A stretch of DNA of 64,000 nucleotides from an uncultured Gammaproteobacteria bacterium (GCA_964562055.1 CAZLSE010000001.1:28062-92061); one strand, 5' to 3'. Shown: positions 38,550 to 47,819, counted from the first letter of the stretch. A program made the numbers and translations. Notes: a model not told the origin generated them from the sequence alone.

Positions 38550-41087
38550 TTAGATATGTATAAATCTCCGTACTCCACGCATGGCAATAAAGGAAATGAG
38601 CGATAGTCCGACAAATGCCCAATAGTGCCCCATCGACACAGTTGGCACACTAAACATATTTGCAATAGCCGGGATTCGCAATATGAGAAGCTGTGTTAGA
38701 TAGGGGAACAAAAATGCTGCTAGGAATATGGGATGAAACATATGTTTTATATGTGTTGCCATAGTTCTATTTCCAAACCATAAATCAAACAGTACAAATT
38801 GCTGAATAAAGGTAAGCCCCGAAAATACTGCGGCCTGGGCAAGAGGCATATTGGCATATATTGTATAGAGATAGTACATGGCAAGCATCCCAATTGCTGA
38901 AATAATACCCATTACAAAAATATATGTCTTTTCACGTTTCTCAAGAAGTTCTACACCCCTATGAGGGGGTTCCTTCATAATTCTGCTGCTGCGAGGTGCA
39001 AAGGCAAATACAAGCGCAGGCGGGCCGTGAGTGACTAAGTTTACATAAAGAAGCTGAATAGGATAGAAAATATGATTTACACCTGCAAGTAATCCCACAA
39101 TAAGTGCCAATACTTCCGATACGTTACACGGGAGGAGATACTGAATAGATTTTTTAATATTTACAATAATTCCCCTTCCTTCTTCTATGGCAACAACAAT
39201 AGAGGCAAAATTATCATCCGTAATTACCATATCGGCAGTTTCACGCGCTACGTCAGTGCCAACAAGACCCATTGCTACACCAACATCTGCCTGTTTGAGT
39301 GCAATCGCGTCGTTTACTCCGTCGCCGGTAACGGCTACTACATGTCCTAATTTTTGATACAGTGATACAATGCGGTGCTTATGAAAAGGCGACGTACGTG
39401 CAAAAATTGCGGTATTTGGGAGCACCTGCATAAGTTGTTCATCTGAATATTCTTCAAGCTGTTTACCGGTGAGAATATTGTCGTTTTCTTTGACTATACC
39501 TGCGGTAACACCAATTGCTTCTGCAGTGCGCTCATTGTCTCCGGTGATCATCACTACCCTTATTCCCGCCTCGTTTGCGCGCATTACCGCCCCACGCACT
39601 TCGGGACGCGGAGCGTCATGGATAGCAACCATGCCAAGAAATATTTCATTTCCCCATTTCACATTTCCAATTTTAAATTGTGAATCATTCTCATGAGTTG
39701 AATAGCTAAACGCAAGAACACGTAGCCCTTTTCGTGCCCAACTTTCCATCTGACGTTCGATTTTTTTCCGCTCCTCTAATGTGAGTGGATGTACTTGATT
39801 GCCTTTTTGTATCGATCCTGAAATCTCAAGAATTGACTCAGGTGCCCCTTTCGTGTAAAGATTTATAATTTTCGACTTATGACTTTCGACCAATACGCTC
39901 ATTCGTTTTGTGGTACTATCAAAAGGAAGTTCATCTGTGATTTTTAACTCCTCTCTCGTCTGTTTAATATCAAGTCCCAAGTCTTGAGCCATATAGAGTA
40001 GCGCCCCTTCGGTTGGATCTCCAAGCACATCGTATGTTCCATGATCATGCTTATAAACGAGTGATGCAGTGGAGCACACAACACCGTTTTGCACCATGTG
40101 AAGAAATGGATGATTTTCACTATGTGGCAAGGCTGAATCGTACAGTTTTTCATCTACAAATACTTCCTTAACTCTCATTTTGTTGGTCGTTAAGGTGCCT
40201 GTTTTGTCTGTGGCAATAAGCGTAACGCTTCCAAGCGCTTCGATAGCAGAAAGTTTACGGACGATTGATTTTTTCTTCGCCATTTCACGGACTCCTATAG
40301 CTAATGTAATTGTCATAATAGCCGGAAACCCTTCCGGCACAACTGCTACTGCAAGCGATACGGCAAGAAGAAATGCGGGGAAATATGCCTGTCCTTGAGC
40401 AAGCGATATCACAAAAACAAATACCGCCGCAAAAATTCCTGCAATTCCAATCACGCGTGTTAGATCATTCAGCTTTCGCTGTAGCGGTGTTTCTTTATCT
40501 TGAATATCTAAAAGATTGTCAGCAATCTGACCAAATTTTGTCTGCATCCCTGTTTTGGTGATCTGAATAATACCTCTTCCTTTTGCCACTATGGTTCCTG
40601 CATATACTTCTTCGTTTATTTTTTTTACGACCGGGAGCGATTCACCCGTTAAAACAGATTCATTTATTTCCATATTCATACCGTTGATCACTATTCCATC
40701 CGCGGGGATTTTGACTCCTTCTTCTACTATGCATATATCACCGGGAACAATAACATTACTCGTGATTTCCTGTTCGGCACCATCACGTAAAACACGAATT
40801 TTTGCAACCGACATTTTTTTCAGCGCCGCTATTGATTCTTCGGCTTTTGCTTCTTGATAGATGCCAAACAAGGCATTTAAAACAACGATCGCCACAATTA
40901 AAATACCATCAACATACTCACCTATAACAAATGAAATGCCAGAAGCGCTCAGAAGTAAAAATGTGAGAACATTATTAAATTGTTCAATAAATTTTTCAAG
41001 TAATGTCTTTTTCTTGCGGTCCGATATTACATTTTCACCATATTGTGACAAAAGTTGGTTTACTTGATGAGTTGTTAATCCTTTCAT
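38550..41087 (-). CDS. P-type cation-transporting ATPase (P2, Ca2+-ATPase-like)
   Basis: DKTGTLT phosphorylation site, TGES, PEGFPAIMT, MITGDN, VAVTGDGVNDAIALKQADVGVAMG. Confidence 0.9.
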   Translation of the reverse strand: MKGLTTHQVNQLLSQYGENVISDRKKKTLLEKFIEQFNNVLTFLLLSASGISFVIGEYVDGILIVAIVVLNALFGIYQEAKAEESIAALKKMSVAKIRVLRDGAEQEITSNVIVPGDICIVEEGVKIPADGIVINGMNMEINESVLTGESLPVVKKINEEVYAGTIVAKGRGIIQITKTGMQTKFGQIADNLLDIQDKETPLQRKLNDLTRVIGIAGIFAAVFVFVISLAQGQAYFPAFLLAVSLAVAVVPEGFPAIMTITLAIGVREMAKKKSIVRKLSAIEALGSVTLIATDKTGTLTTNKMRVKEVFVDEKLYDSALPHSENHPFLHMVQNGVVCSTASLVYKHDHGTYDVLGDPTEGALLYMAQDLGLDIKQTREELKITDELPFDSTTKRMSVLVESHKSKIINLYTKGAPESILEISGSIQKGNQVHPLTLEERKKIERQMESWARKGLRVLAFSYSTHENDSQFKIGNVKWGNEIFLGMVAIHDAPRPEVRGAVMRANEAGIRVVMITGDNERTAEAIGVTAGIVKENDNILTGKQLEEYSDEQLMQVLPNTAIFARTSPFHKHRIVSLYQKLGHVVAVTGDGVNDAIALKQADVGVAMGLVGTDVARETADMVITDDNFASIVVAIEEGRGIIVNIKKSIQYLLPCNVSEVLALIVGLLAGVNHIFYPIQLLYVNLVTHGPPALVFAFAPRSSRIMKEPPHRGVELLEKREKTYIFVMGIISAIGMLAMYYLYTIYANMPLAQAAVFSGLTFIQQFVLFDLWFGNRTMATHIKHMFHPIFLAAFLFPYLTQLLILRIPAIANMFSVPTVSMGHYWAFVGLSLISFIAMRGVRRFIHI
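39870..39890. repeat. Heptamer micro-array, TTTCGAC family, 3 units, inside the P-type ATPase
   Basis: TTTCGAC TTATGAC TTTCGAC. Encodes VESHKSK in the N-domain loop before KGAPE. Confidence 0.7.
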
Positions 41088-41108
41088 AGTCTATATACAA
41101 ACAGTGCA

Positions 41109-41164
41109 AATTTGAAATTTTTAATTTTGAATTTTTATTCAATTCTAAATATTAAATTACAAAT
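41109..41164. repeat. Intergenic heptamer array, AATTTKN family, about 8 units
   Basis: AATTTGA AATTTTT AATTTTG AATTTTT ATTCAAT TCTAAAT ATTAAAT TACAAAT, between the ATPase start and the stop of the next gene. Confidence 0.65.
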
Positions 41165-41195
41165 CGGATAAATAATGAAAATTATAAATTAAATT

Positions 41196-41735
41196 TTAGT
41201 TAATACTGAGGGCTTTCAGTTTATGCATTACCTTCATTTGTCCGAGAGCAGCATAAGCTACTTCCATAGTTTCGATTATGTCGGACACAGTATTATTTGC
41301 TTCATCAAATGTTACCGCCCGTACATTGTGGGGAAAGTAATGAAAAATTTCATTTCTCCCCAATTTCCACGTTTTCCAAATTCTATCAGCAAGTTCACGA
41401 GAACCGCCCAATCTAATTTTTTCAAATAGCGACCTATCTCCCAATTTTGCAACTAAATGAGGCGACAGCAACTTACCAAGACGCAAATGGTCAGAAATAT
41501 AGTCAAGATGCGAAATAAACCCTACGTCTTTAAAAAGCTGTTTTAAGAATCCCTCATACGCTTTGGCGAAGGGGAAAATAAGAAATGAATAATCCTTAAA
41601 ATGGTATGCATGATCTTGAATTACCTCATTCATGAGATATTGTCCCTCATTAATCAGATCTTTTTGAGTCTGTGAAAGATAGGTCCAAAGCATGCCTTTT
41701 TGTGAAAGTCCGTTATGCTGTGAATACGCCTCCAT
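41196..41735 (-). CDS. Hypothetical protein with a HEPN-like Rx4H motif
   Basis: The ORF is well delimited. The motif is C-terminal (LGRNEIFH, R-x4-H). I cannot make a confident family assignment. Confidence 0.4.
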   Translation of the reverse strand: MEAYSQHNGLSQKGMLWTYLSQTQKDLINEGQYLMNEVIQDHAYHFKDYSFLIFPFAKAYEGFLKQLFKDVGFISHLDYISDHLRLGKLLSPHLVAKLGDRSLFEKIRLGGSRELADRIWKTWKLGRNEIFHYFPHNVRAVTFDEANNTVSDIIETMEVAYAALGQMKVMHKLKALSIN

Positions 41736-41779
41736 ACATTAAATGTACCATATATATATCTAAACTTCAGCCTCAAATC

Positions 41780-41808
41780 TTGCACAAACCTATAGTATTT
41801 GATATACT
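41780..41808 (+). promoter_or_regulatory. Sigma70-type promoter TTGCAC-17-TATACT with extended TG, -10 box 5 nt from the ATG
   Basis: TTGCAC at 41780-41785, TGATATACT at 41800-41808, ATG at 41814. The track ORF start (TTG at 41799) lies inside the -10 region. Confidence 0.5.
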
Positions 41809-41813
41809 GTCAC

Positions 41814-42899
41814 ATGGCCGCACCTGCTGAATTACTTTCACAATCTCTGAATCAACGAATAATTCGCTGGGCAGACTATGCATCACAGTCTGTTACTGAT
41901 GGATCACGTTCTCTCGTACGAAACGAAATTATTAATCACCTCCGACCAAAAGCACGAATATTAAGAAAAACACAAGACCAGCGCAACCCGCATAATACAT
42001 TTAGAGTCCTGTGGGGTGACGATGCATTAACCCCAAACTATATTCGAGGACTCCTTGAGAAAACAGTAACCGATCTAACAGCGGCGTATCCTATTGAAAA
42101 TCTCAGTCCTGCACAGAGAGAGATTCTTGCATTATACGCGCTAACCGTACACCCTACTGAGTCACATCCAGAACAATATAAACCACACATTCAATTTCAT
42201 AAGTTTGTAAACAGACTACACAATTCACATGAATACCAGACGCATGAGGATTGGCTTGAAAGTGCAGCAATGGTGGTACAAGTCTAAGGCGTTTCAATAC
42301 AAGATATTCTTAAAAACGAAGCAAAACGAAAAATTGATCAATATCTTGCCCGGAGTGTTGTTGATGCGATAGGAAAGCGAATTCCACCCAGTTTTGATAT
42401 CGACTTTCCAGTGATTTCGAAAATAGTTATTGATACTATGTATGTGGGCAATAATAGAAAAAGACTATTCCAAAAACATCCCACATTTTATGACTTCGAT
42501 AAACTTATTGCACCACATCTTTTGACAGCTCCAAAGTTTATTCAGGAACACTTTCCCTTTTCCGACCATGATAATGCACGACGTGAAAAAACAACGCGTT
42601 ATTTTTTTGAGAATCAATATCCTAAACTATTTTATGGCATACACAAAATGCCACAGTTACTCGCTGAAACATTTGCGATATATATGACCATTCATCCCAT
42701 GACGGACGGGAATGGAACCGTGATACATTCGTTAATTGACCATGCGCTTCTTGCACATGGATGCAAACCCATACCTGCGTGGAATAAAGCAAAAATTGGA
42801 AAACCACTCACCGAACTGAGAGAATGGATACAGGGTAATGTGCTCCCACTCGAGCGGTGGTTTGAAAGACGGTTATCCATAGCAAATTCTCCGTTTTAA
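41814..42899 (+). pseudogene. Fic/DOC-family protein interrupted by one in-frame TAA
   Basis: The ORFs at 41799-42287 and 42411-42899 share a frame, and TAA at 42285-42287 is the only stop between them. The Fic-like motif HPMTDGNGTVIHSL is a degenerate form of HxFxDGNGRxxR. Confidence 0.55.
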
Positions 42900-42976
42900 A
42901 TCTTATTAGTAGTAACTTCTACTACTTATAGTATATACTATTGACTTTTTGTATCTACTTGATATACTCTTGATAG

Positions 42977-43780
42977 TTGCAGCTCATACAACTATCTATG
43001 AATACATCAGTGCTCGAATCGATTGGACTTACTCAAAATGAGGCGATGGTTTATTTGACATTCCAAAAAAATGGAAATAAAACCGCAGCCGAAATTGCAC
43101 GCATCCTGCATATAGACAAGTCGTCCTGCTACCGTGCGGTTGAATCATTGGTAAAACATGGACTTCTCATCTCAAATCCGAAAAAAAGAGGAGCAACTCA
43201 TACAGCAGTATCACCGGACGTGCTAAAAGACATCTATCACCAGAAGGTCCGAGATCTTAAACACCAAGAGTCTCAACTTGATGATTTTATCCAAAAGCTT
43301 ATACATCAATCGGAAAAACAAAGATCTACCTATATAACCGTGCAAACAGGGCTCGATGCAATTCGTGAAGGAATGGAAGAAAATTTAATAGCTGCCTTAC
43401 ATTCAACAAAAATGATAAAGGAAATATATCGCCTGTCATTCCCCTATTTTAATGATGACTATCATGTCAAGTGGGTGAACGGTTTTGCAAAACGAAGAAT
43501 AGCAGCTGAAGTATCAATACAACAAGTTGTCGATTTTGCACAAAACGATGTGTTTTCCCCCATAATGAAGTCTGACGTGAAATTATTAAAAGAAATTAGG
43601 CTTATGCCCAAAGAAATGAAGGGGTTATATGGACTCCGAATATCTGGAGACATTTCCCATATTATTAGCTTCGATGAAAAGCAAGATTATATTGATATTA
43701 CAATTAAAGACCGATTTGTTACTCAGTTATTGGAATCACTTTTCAACTTTGTTTGGCTCCATAGTAAAAAATACAAATGA
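42977..43780 (+). CDS. TrmB-family transcriptional regulator
   Basis: N-terminal winged HTH LESIGLTQNEAMVYLTFQKNGNKTAAEIARILHIDKSSCYRAVESLVKHGLL. The true start may be the ATG at 42998. A TTGACT-16-TGATATACT promoter lies at 42941-42968. Confidence 0.7.
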   Translation: MQLIQLSMNTSVLESIGLTQNEAMVYLTFQKNGNKTAAEIARILHIDKSSCYRAVESLVKHGLLISNPKKRGATHTAVSPDVLKDIYHQKVRDLKHQESQLDDFIQKLIHQSEKQRSTYITVQTGLDAIREGMEENLIAALHSTKMIKEIYRLSFPYFNDDYHVKWVNGFAKRRIAAEVSIQQVVDFAQNDVFSPIMKSDVKLLKEIRLMPKEMKGLYGLRISGDISHIISFDEKQDYIDITIKDRFVTQLLESLFNFVWLHSKKYK

Positions 43781-44635
43781 ACTGGATTATTTCAAGTATT
43801 CTAATGTCTTGTTCTTCAATTCTTTACTACCTTCTGATTCGTTACGGTCAAAAACGTGGGGTAGCGGAAAAGGCAGTTGCAGAGCACGCACAACAGGCAG
43901 GAGTTCCCACATACACAACCTTGGCGATAGATGATTCAAAAACTCATTTCCCATTTGACTATATGATCATATCGCGAGAACCGGGCAATAATATGAAAAA
44001 TAGCGGTCCTTACGACGCTACTACAGACAAAGTACTTATAGAAGACACCGGCAGACTACTCGCACTCACCCATTCAGTAAAAACACGCAATTTTGGTTTT
44101 TTTAATAATGATGTAGCTAAAAAAAACAGGCAAACTCGAATGGATACATCCCACGTGGAGTGATCATATGTTTGCCTCGCTTAACGACAACCTCGCCTAC
44201 CTTGAATCTCGGTCGTCAATAACACAAAAAGAACGTAAGAATATCGAACGTATATTTTCAGAGAATACACACATAATTGTGTGTGACAGTCCCCGACTTA
44301 TTCATAATGATCTTGCAGACTGGAACGAGCTTACCGATGGCAAAAAAATTACTGCATTTGTTGATTGGGATGAGACATTTTCAGGTGATCCAGTGTGCGA
44401 CTTTGCAGCATACTCCGTATTTTTTAACGATAAGCGGCTTGAAAACCTTAAACGAGGAGATGAAACTGTAACAAAACTTCCGCCCGATTTTGAAGCAAAA
44501 TTTCATATGTATCGACTCCGCTATATCATCTCAAAGATGACGCTTCGCACGAAACGGTCTGTGTTTGATAACAGTGAGCTTGTTCAGACACTCCTTGCCT
44601 ATTCACATACGCTGTTACAACAAGAGTTTGAGTAG
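43777..44635 (+). pseudogene. Aminoglycoside/choline-kinase-type phosphotransferase (APH family), frameshifted in an A8 run and N-terminally truncated
   Basis: Catalytic loop LIHNDLADWN (HxDxxxxN) and FVDWDETFSGDPVCDFA. The frame switch must occur between 44117 and 44126, which is the A8 run at 44119-44126. The repaired reading is FFNNDVAKKTGKLEWIHPTWSDHMFASL. Confidence 0.6.
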
Positions 44636-44636
44636 T

Positions 44637-45630
44637 ATGAAAAAAACAGCTAATCAAAAAAGGGTGGCCCTCGGAACATTTCCCCTTGCGGGAATGTTTA
44701 ACCCCGTAACAAAAGAGGGGGCAACAGACGTGATTAATACATTTCTTGACCAGGGTGGATATTATATTGATACAGCTCCGATGTATGGATTTGGATATGT
44801 TGAGCACCTTTTAGGAGAAGTATTATGTTCAAAAGCACGTGACAGCTACTATCTCATTACAAAATGTGGCAAACATATTGATGAGGTAAAACAAACATGG
44901 ACACCCCAAGCAACTTATGCCGATGTGATAGCTCAATGTGAAGAGAGTCTAACACAATTAAATACAGATTACATCGATCTTTACCTCATACACGAGGCGG
45001 ACATAATTACACCGTTTGAAGAAACAATCCGGGCGCTTATTGATCTTCGCACACAGGGAAAAATACGAGAGATTGGCATCTCAAACGTTACACTCCAGCA
45101 ACTTAAAGAATACAGAAAATTTGCAGACGTAAGATATATTCAAAACAAGCTTAGTTTTATCAATCGAAGTATTGAACCAGATTTCAATCGGTTATTTATC
45201 AAAAAATGATATCCTGTTTATTCCCTATCATATATTGGAGATTACACAACTTACCGGAACTGTGTTAGAAGAAAAAAATCTTGGGAAAAAAGATTTTCGA
45301 AATACGCACGCCTATTTTCAAGATGATAAACTTAATACAATCCGAATGTGGGTAAAGGAGTACATTAAACCATTAGCGCAAAAACAGAGATATACCATTG
45401 GTCAGCTTATGATAGTCTGGACACTTATGCAAGAGCATATCACCTATGCGCTTGTGGGAACAATAAAGCCTGAGTACGTGCGGATAAATATGAAAGCTAA
45501 CTTAATCCAACTATCAGATGAAATAGTTTTACTACTTAAACGGGCATACAGCAATCTTGAAGATCATGTATTGCGCACGTATAACAAATCTATGAGAGAG
45601 TTCAGAGGATTACACTCATGTTATTTTTAA
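44637..45630 (+). pseudogene. Aldo-keto reductase, split by a +1 frameshift
   Basis: YIDTAPMYGFG, DYIDLYLIHEAD, GKIREIGISN, then QNKLSFINRSIEPD, followed in the next frame by IGYLSKNDILFIPYHILE..QLTG. The break lies within 45172-45209. Confidence 0.6.
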
Positions 45631-45633
45631 ACT

Positions 45634-46236
45634 ATGATACACCCATTAAACACATACCTATCAGCCCATCCAAAAAAAACGATTATTTTTGATCTTGACA
45701 GAACTCTTATTGAACTTCGTATTGATTGGTCGGGCGTATATGACAATCTATGCAACACAGCGCATATGCTCTTTCCTAATATTCGGATAGCTAAACCCCA
45801 GTCATCCCTAGAATTTTATTCGCTGTACTCAGATTTGGTAACACAAGGTAATGCGCTGATAAAACAAAAGCTTGATATGGCTATTGAATCGTACGAAGTA
45901 TCTCATTATCATGGATACACCCCTAATCCGGTGCTTCTTGCATTTATACGCACCAATACCTCTCGGTATACTTATGCACTTTGGACCTCAAATACACGAG
46001 GTGCGATAGAAGATTTTATTGTTAAGGAGTCTTTTGGGAACGTATTTAAAACGATCGTCACTTTAAATGATGTACAGCTGGCAAAACCAAACCCCGAAGG
46101 CTTTTCAATCATTTATGATGGTAAATCAGATAAAAATACGTACGTAATGGTTGGTGATAGATCAATTGATCATAAGGCTGCGACCTTTGCGGGAATAGAT
46201 TATTTTCAAGAAGAATATTTTAATAATCTTGCATAA
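45634..46236 (+). CDS. HAD-superfamily hydrolase
   Basis: Motif I IIFDLDRTLIE (DxDxT), motif II WTSN, motif IV VMVGDRSIDHKAA. Confidence 0.75.
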   Translation: MIHPLNTYLSAHPKKTIIFDLDRTLIELRIDWSGVYDNLCNTAHMLFPNIRIAKPQSSLEFYSLYSDLVTQGNALIKQKLDMAIESYEVSHYHGYTPNPVLLAFIRTNTSRYTYALWTSNTRGAIEDFIVKESFGNVFKTIVTLNDVQLAKPNPEGFSIIYDGKSDKNTYVMVGDRSIDHKAATFAGIDYFQEEYFNNLA

Positions 46237-46305
46237 TACTCTTCGTGTTGACAAACTACAGTATGTCGGTCTACAATACTTAATTGTTACATACGCTCGT
46301 ATCTG

Positions 46306-46977
46306 ATGAAGAGAATATTTGAACTCATAAATAAAAATTTTGAGTCAGCAAACCTATTTCGGTCTTCCTCGTCGCAAAAAAACACTCATCCTATTATTAC
46401 CATATCGCGTGAAAAAGGATCTGCAGGCCGTCCAATTGCATATTTACTCGCTAAAAAACTCGGTGATCCCTGGCGGGTGTACCATCGTGAAATAATTGAG
46501 GAAATTGCAAAAGAAACCGAACTAGAACAAGATCTTATTGACGAGATAGATGAAGGAAGAGTACCACTTATTAAACAACTTGTAAGTAGTTTGCTTGGTC
46601 AAAAACAGTTAAGTCTTAACGCTTATTACAAACATCTGCTTCATATTCTTGCAACGATCGGTGCCCGTGGACATGCCATTATTGTTGGTCGAGGAGCTAA
46701 TTTTTTATTCCCCCATGCCCTAAAGGTACGCATCATTGCGGAACGCAAGACCCGTATTGACTGGATTATGAAATACGAAAAAATTACGTATAAAGAGGCA
46801 GTAAAACGCATCGACGACTCTGATAATCAACGGGATGAGTTTGTCCAAACGCTTTTTCAACACTCACAACGCAAAGCTCACCACTACGATATCGTTATCC
46901 GCACTGGCCCAGATATTGATGTTGAAGAGGCGACAGACCTCATTGTCTATCTTGCGAAAAAAAAGTTTAAGCTCTAA
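46306..46977 (+). CDS. Cytidylate kinase-like family protein
   Basis: ITISREKGSAGRPIAYLLAKKLG P-loop-like segment. The length and layout match the cytidylate-kinase-like (AAA_18/Cytidylate_kin2) family. Confidence 0.65.
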   Translation: MKRIFELINKNFESANLFRSSSSQKNTHPIITISREKGSAGRPIAYLLAKKLGDPWRVYHREIIEEIAKETELEQDLIDEIDEGRVPLIKQLVSSLLGQKQLSLNAYYKHLLHILATIGARGHAIIVGRGANFLFPHALKVRIIAERKTRIDWIMKYEKITYKEAVKRIDDSDNQRDEFVQTLFQHSQRKAHHYDIVIRTGPDIDVEEATDLIVYLAKKKFKL

Positions 46978-47025
46978 TACAACAACATATCATTTTGAGC
47001 TACATGTTTTGAGGCGCGATTTGAT

Positions 47026-47796
47026 TTACTCTTCTATCTCTATCTCAACCGATGGGCCCATTGAGGAAGCTACAAACACGTTTTTAATGTTTGCTTTACC
47101 CACCGCGTTAATAAGAGCTTGCGCATTTTCGGTAAGTTTTGCCGTGTCATAGCTTAGTTTTCCTACCATTTGGTGCAGAATAGGAAATTTTGGCTCTGTC
47201 TTCCATCGAAGAGTTCCCTTCATGAATTTTTTTGCGACTTCTTCAGGATTGGATGAAATGGTGCCGGCTTTTGGATTTGGCATCAAACCTTTTGGACCCA
47301 AGAGTTTCGCAAACCGAGCCAACTTAGGCATAAATGATGGGTGTGTAATAAGAATATCAAACTCAATTTTGTTTTCTGCAAGTTGGTCAAGTACCTTGTC
47401 GTTTACAATTGCGACTCGTACGAACTTACCTGTTGAATGAGGTAGTTCAACTTCACCTCTGAGACCGGTTTTAACCACATTCATGTGTACATCAACAGAT
47501 TCGTCAAATGATGCCCATTTTACTTTTTTCAAAAGTTCAATAGCTTCGGTAAGCTTTAGTTTTGTTATTTTTGCAACTGCTTTTTTTGCAGTAAGATACT
47601 TTTTACCACGTACACGAGCAGTTGATGACTTCTTTTGTTCTTTAACCTCTTCTTTTTTTACCTCTCCTCCTTTTCCTTCGACTGAATCGATTTGTGTTTT
47701 TTCAGCCGATTTTTCTGCTGAACGTTTTTTCTGTTCGTCTTTTTGTTGTTTTTCAATATCTTCTAAACCTAATAGTCTCGTTCGAATTTTTCCCAT
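47026..47796 (-). CDS. rplA: 50S ribosomal protein L1 with a roughly 55-aa K/E-rich N-terminal extension
   Basis: The core RVRGKKYLTAKKAV...FDESVDVHMNV...ELPHSTGK...LLGPKGLMPNPKAGT aligns to bacterial L1. It sits in the canonical position after rplK. Confidence 0.9.
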   Translation of the reverse strand: MGKIRTRLLGLEDIEKQQKDEQKKRSAEKSAEKTQIDSVEGKGGEVKKEEVKEQKKSSTARVRGKKYLTAKKAVAKITKLKLTEAIELLKKVKWASFDESVDVHMNVVKTGLRGEVELPHSTGKFVRVAIVNDKVLDQLAENKIEFDILITHPSFMPKLARFAKLLGPKGLMPNPKAGTISSNPEEVAKKFMKGTLRWKTEPKFPILHQMVGKLSYDTAKLTENAQALINAVGKANIKNVFVASSMGPSVEIEIEE

Positions 47797-47819
47797 ATAA
47801 TCAATGAAATAAATAACAA

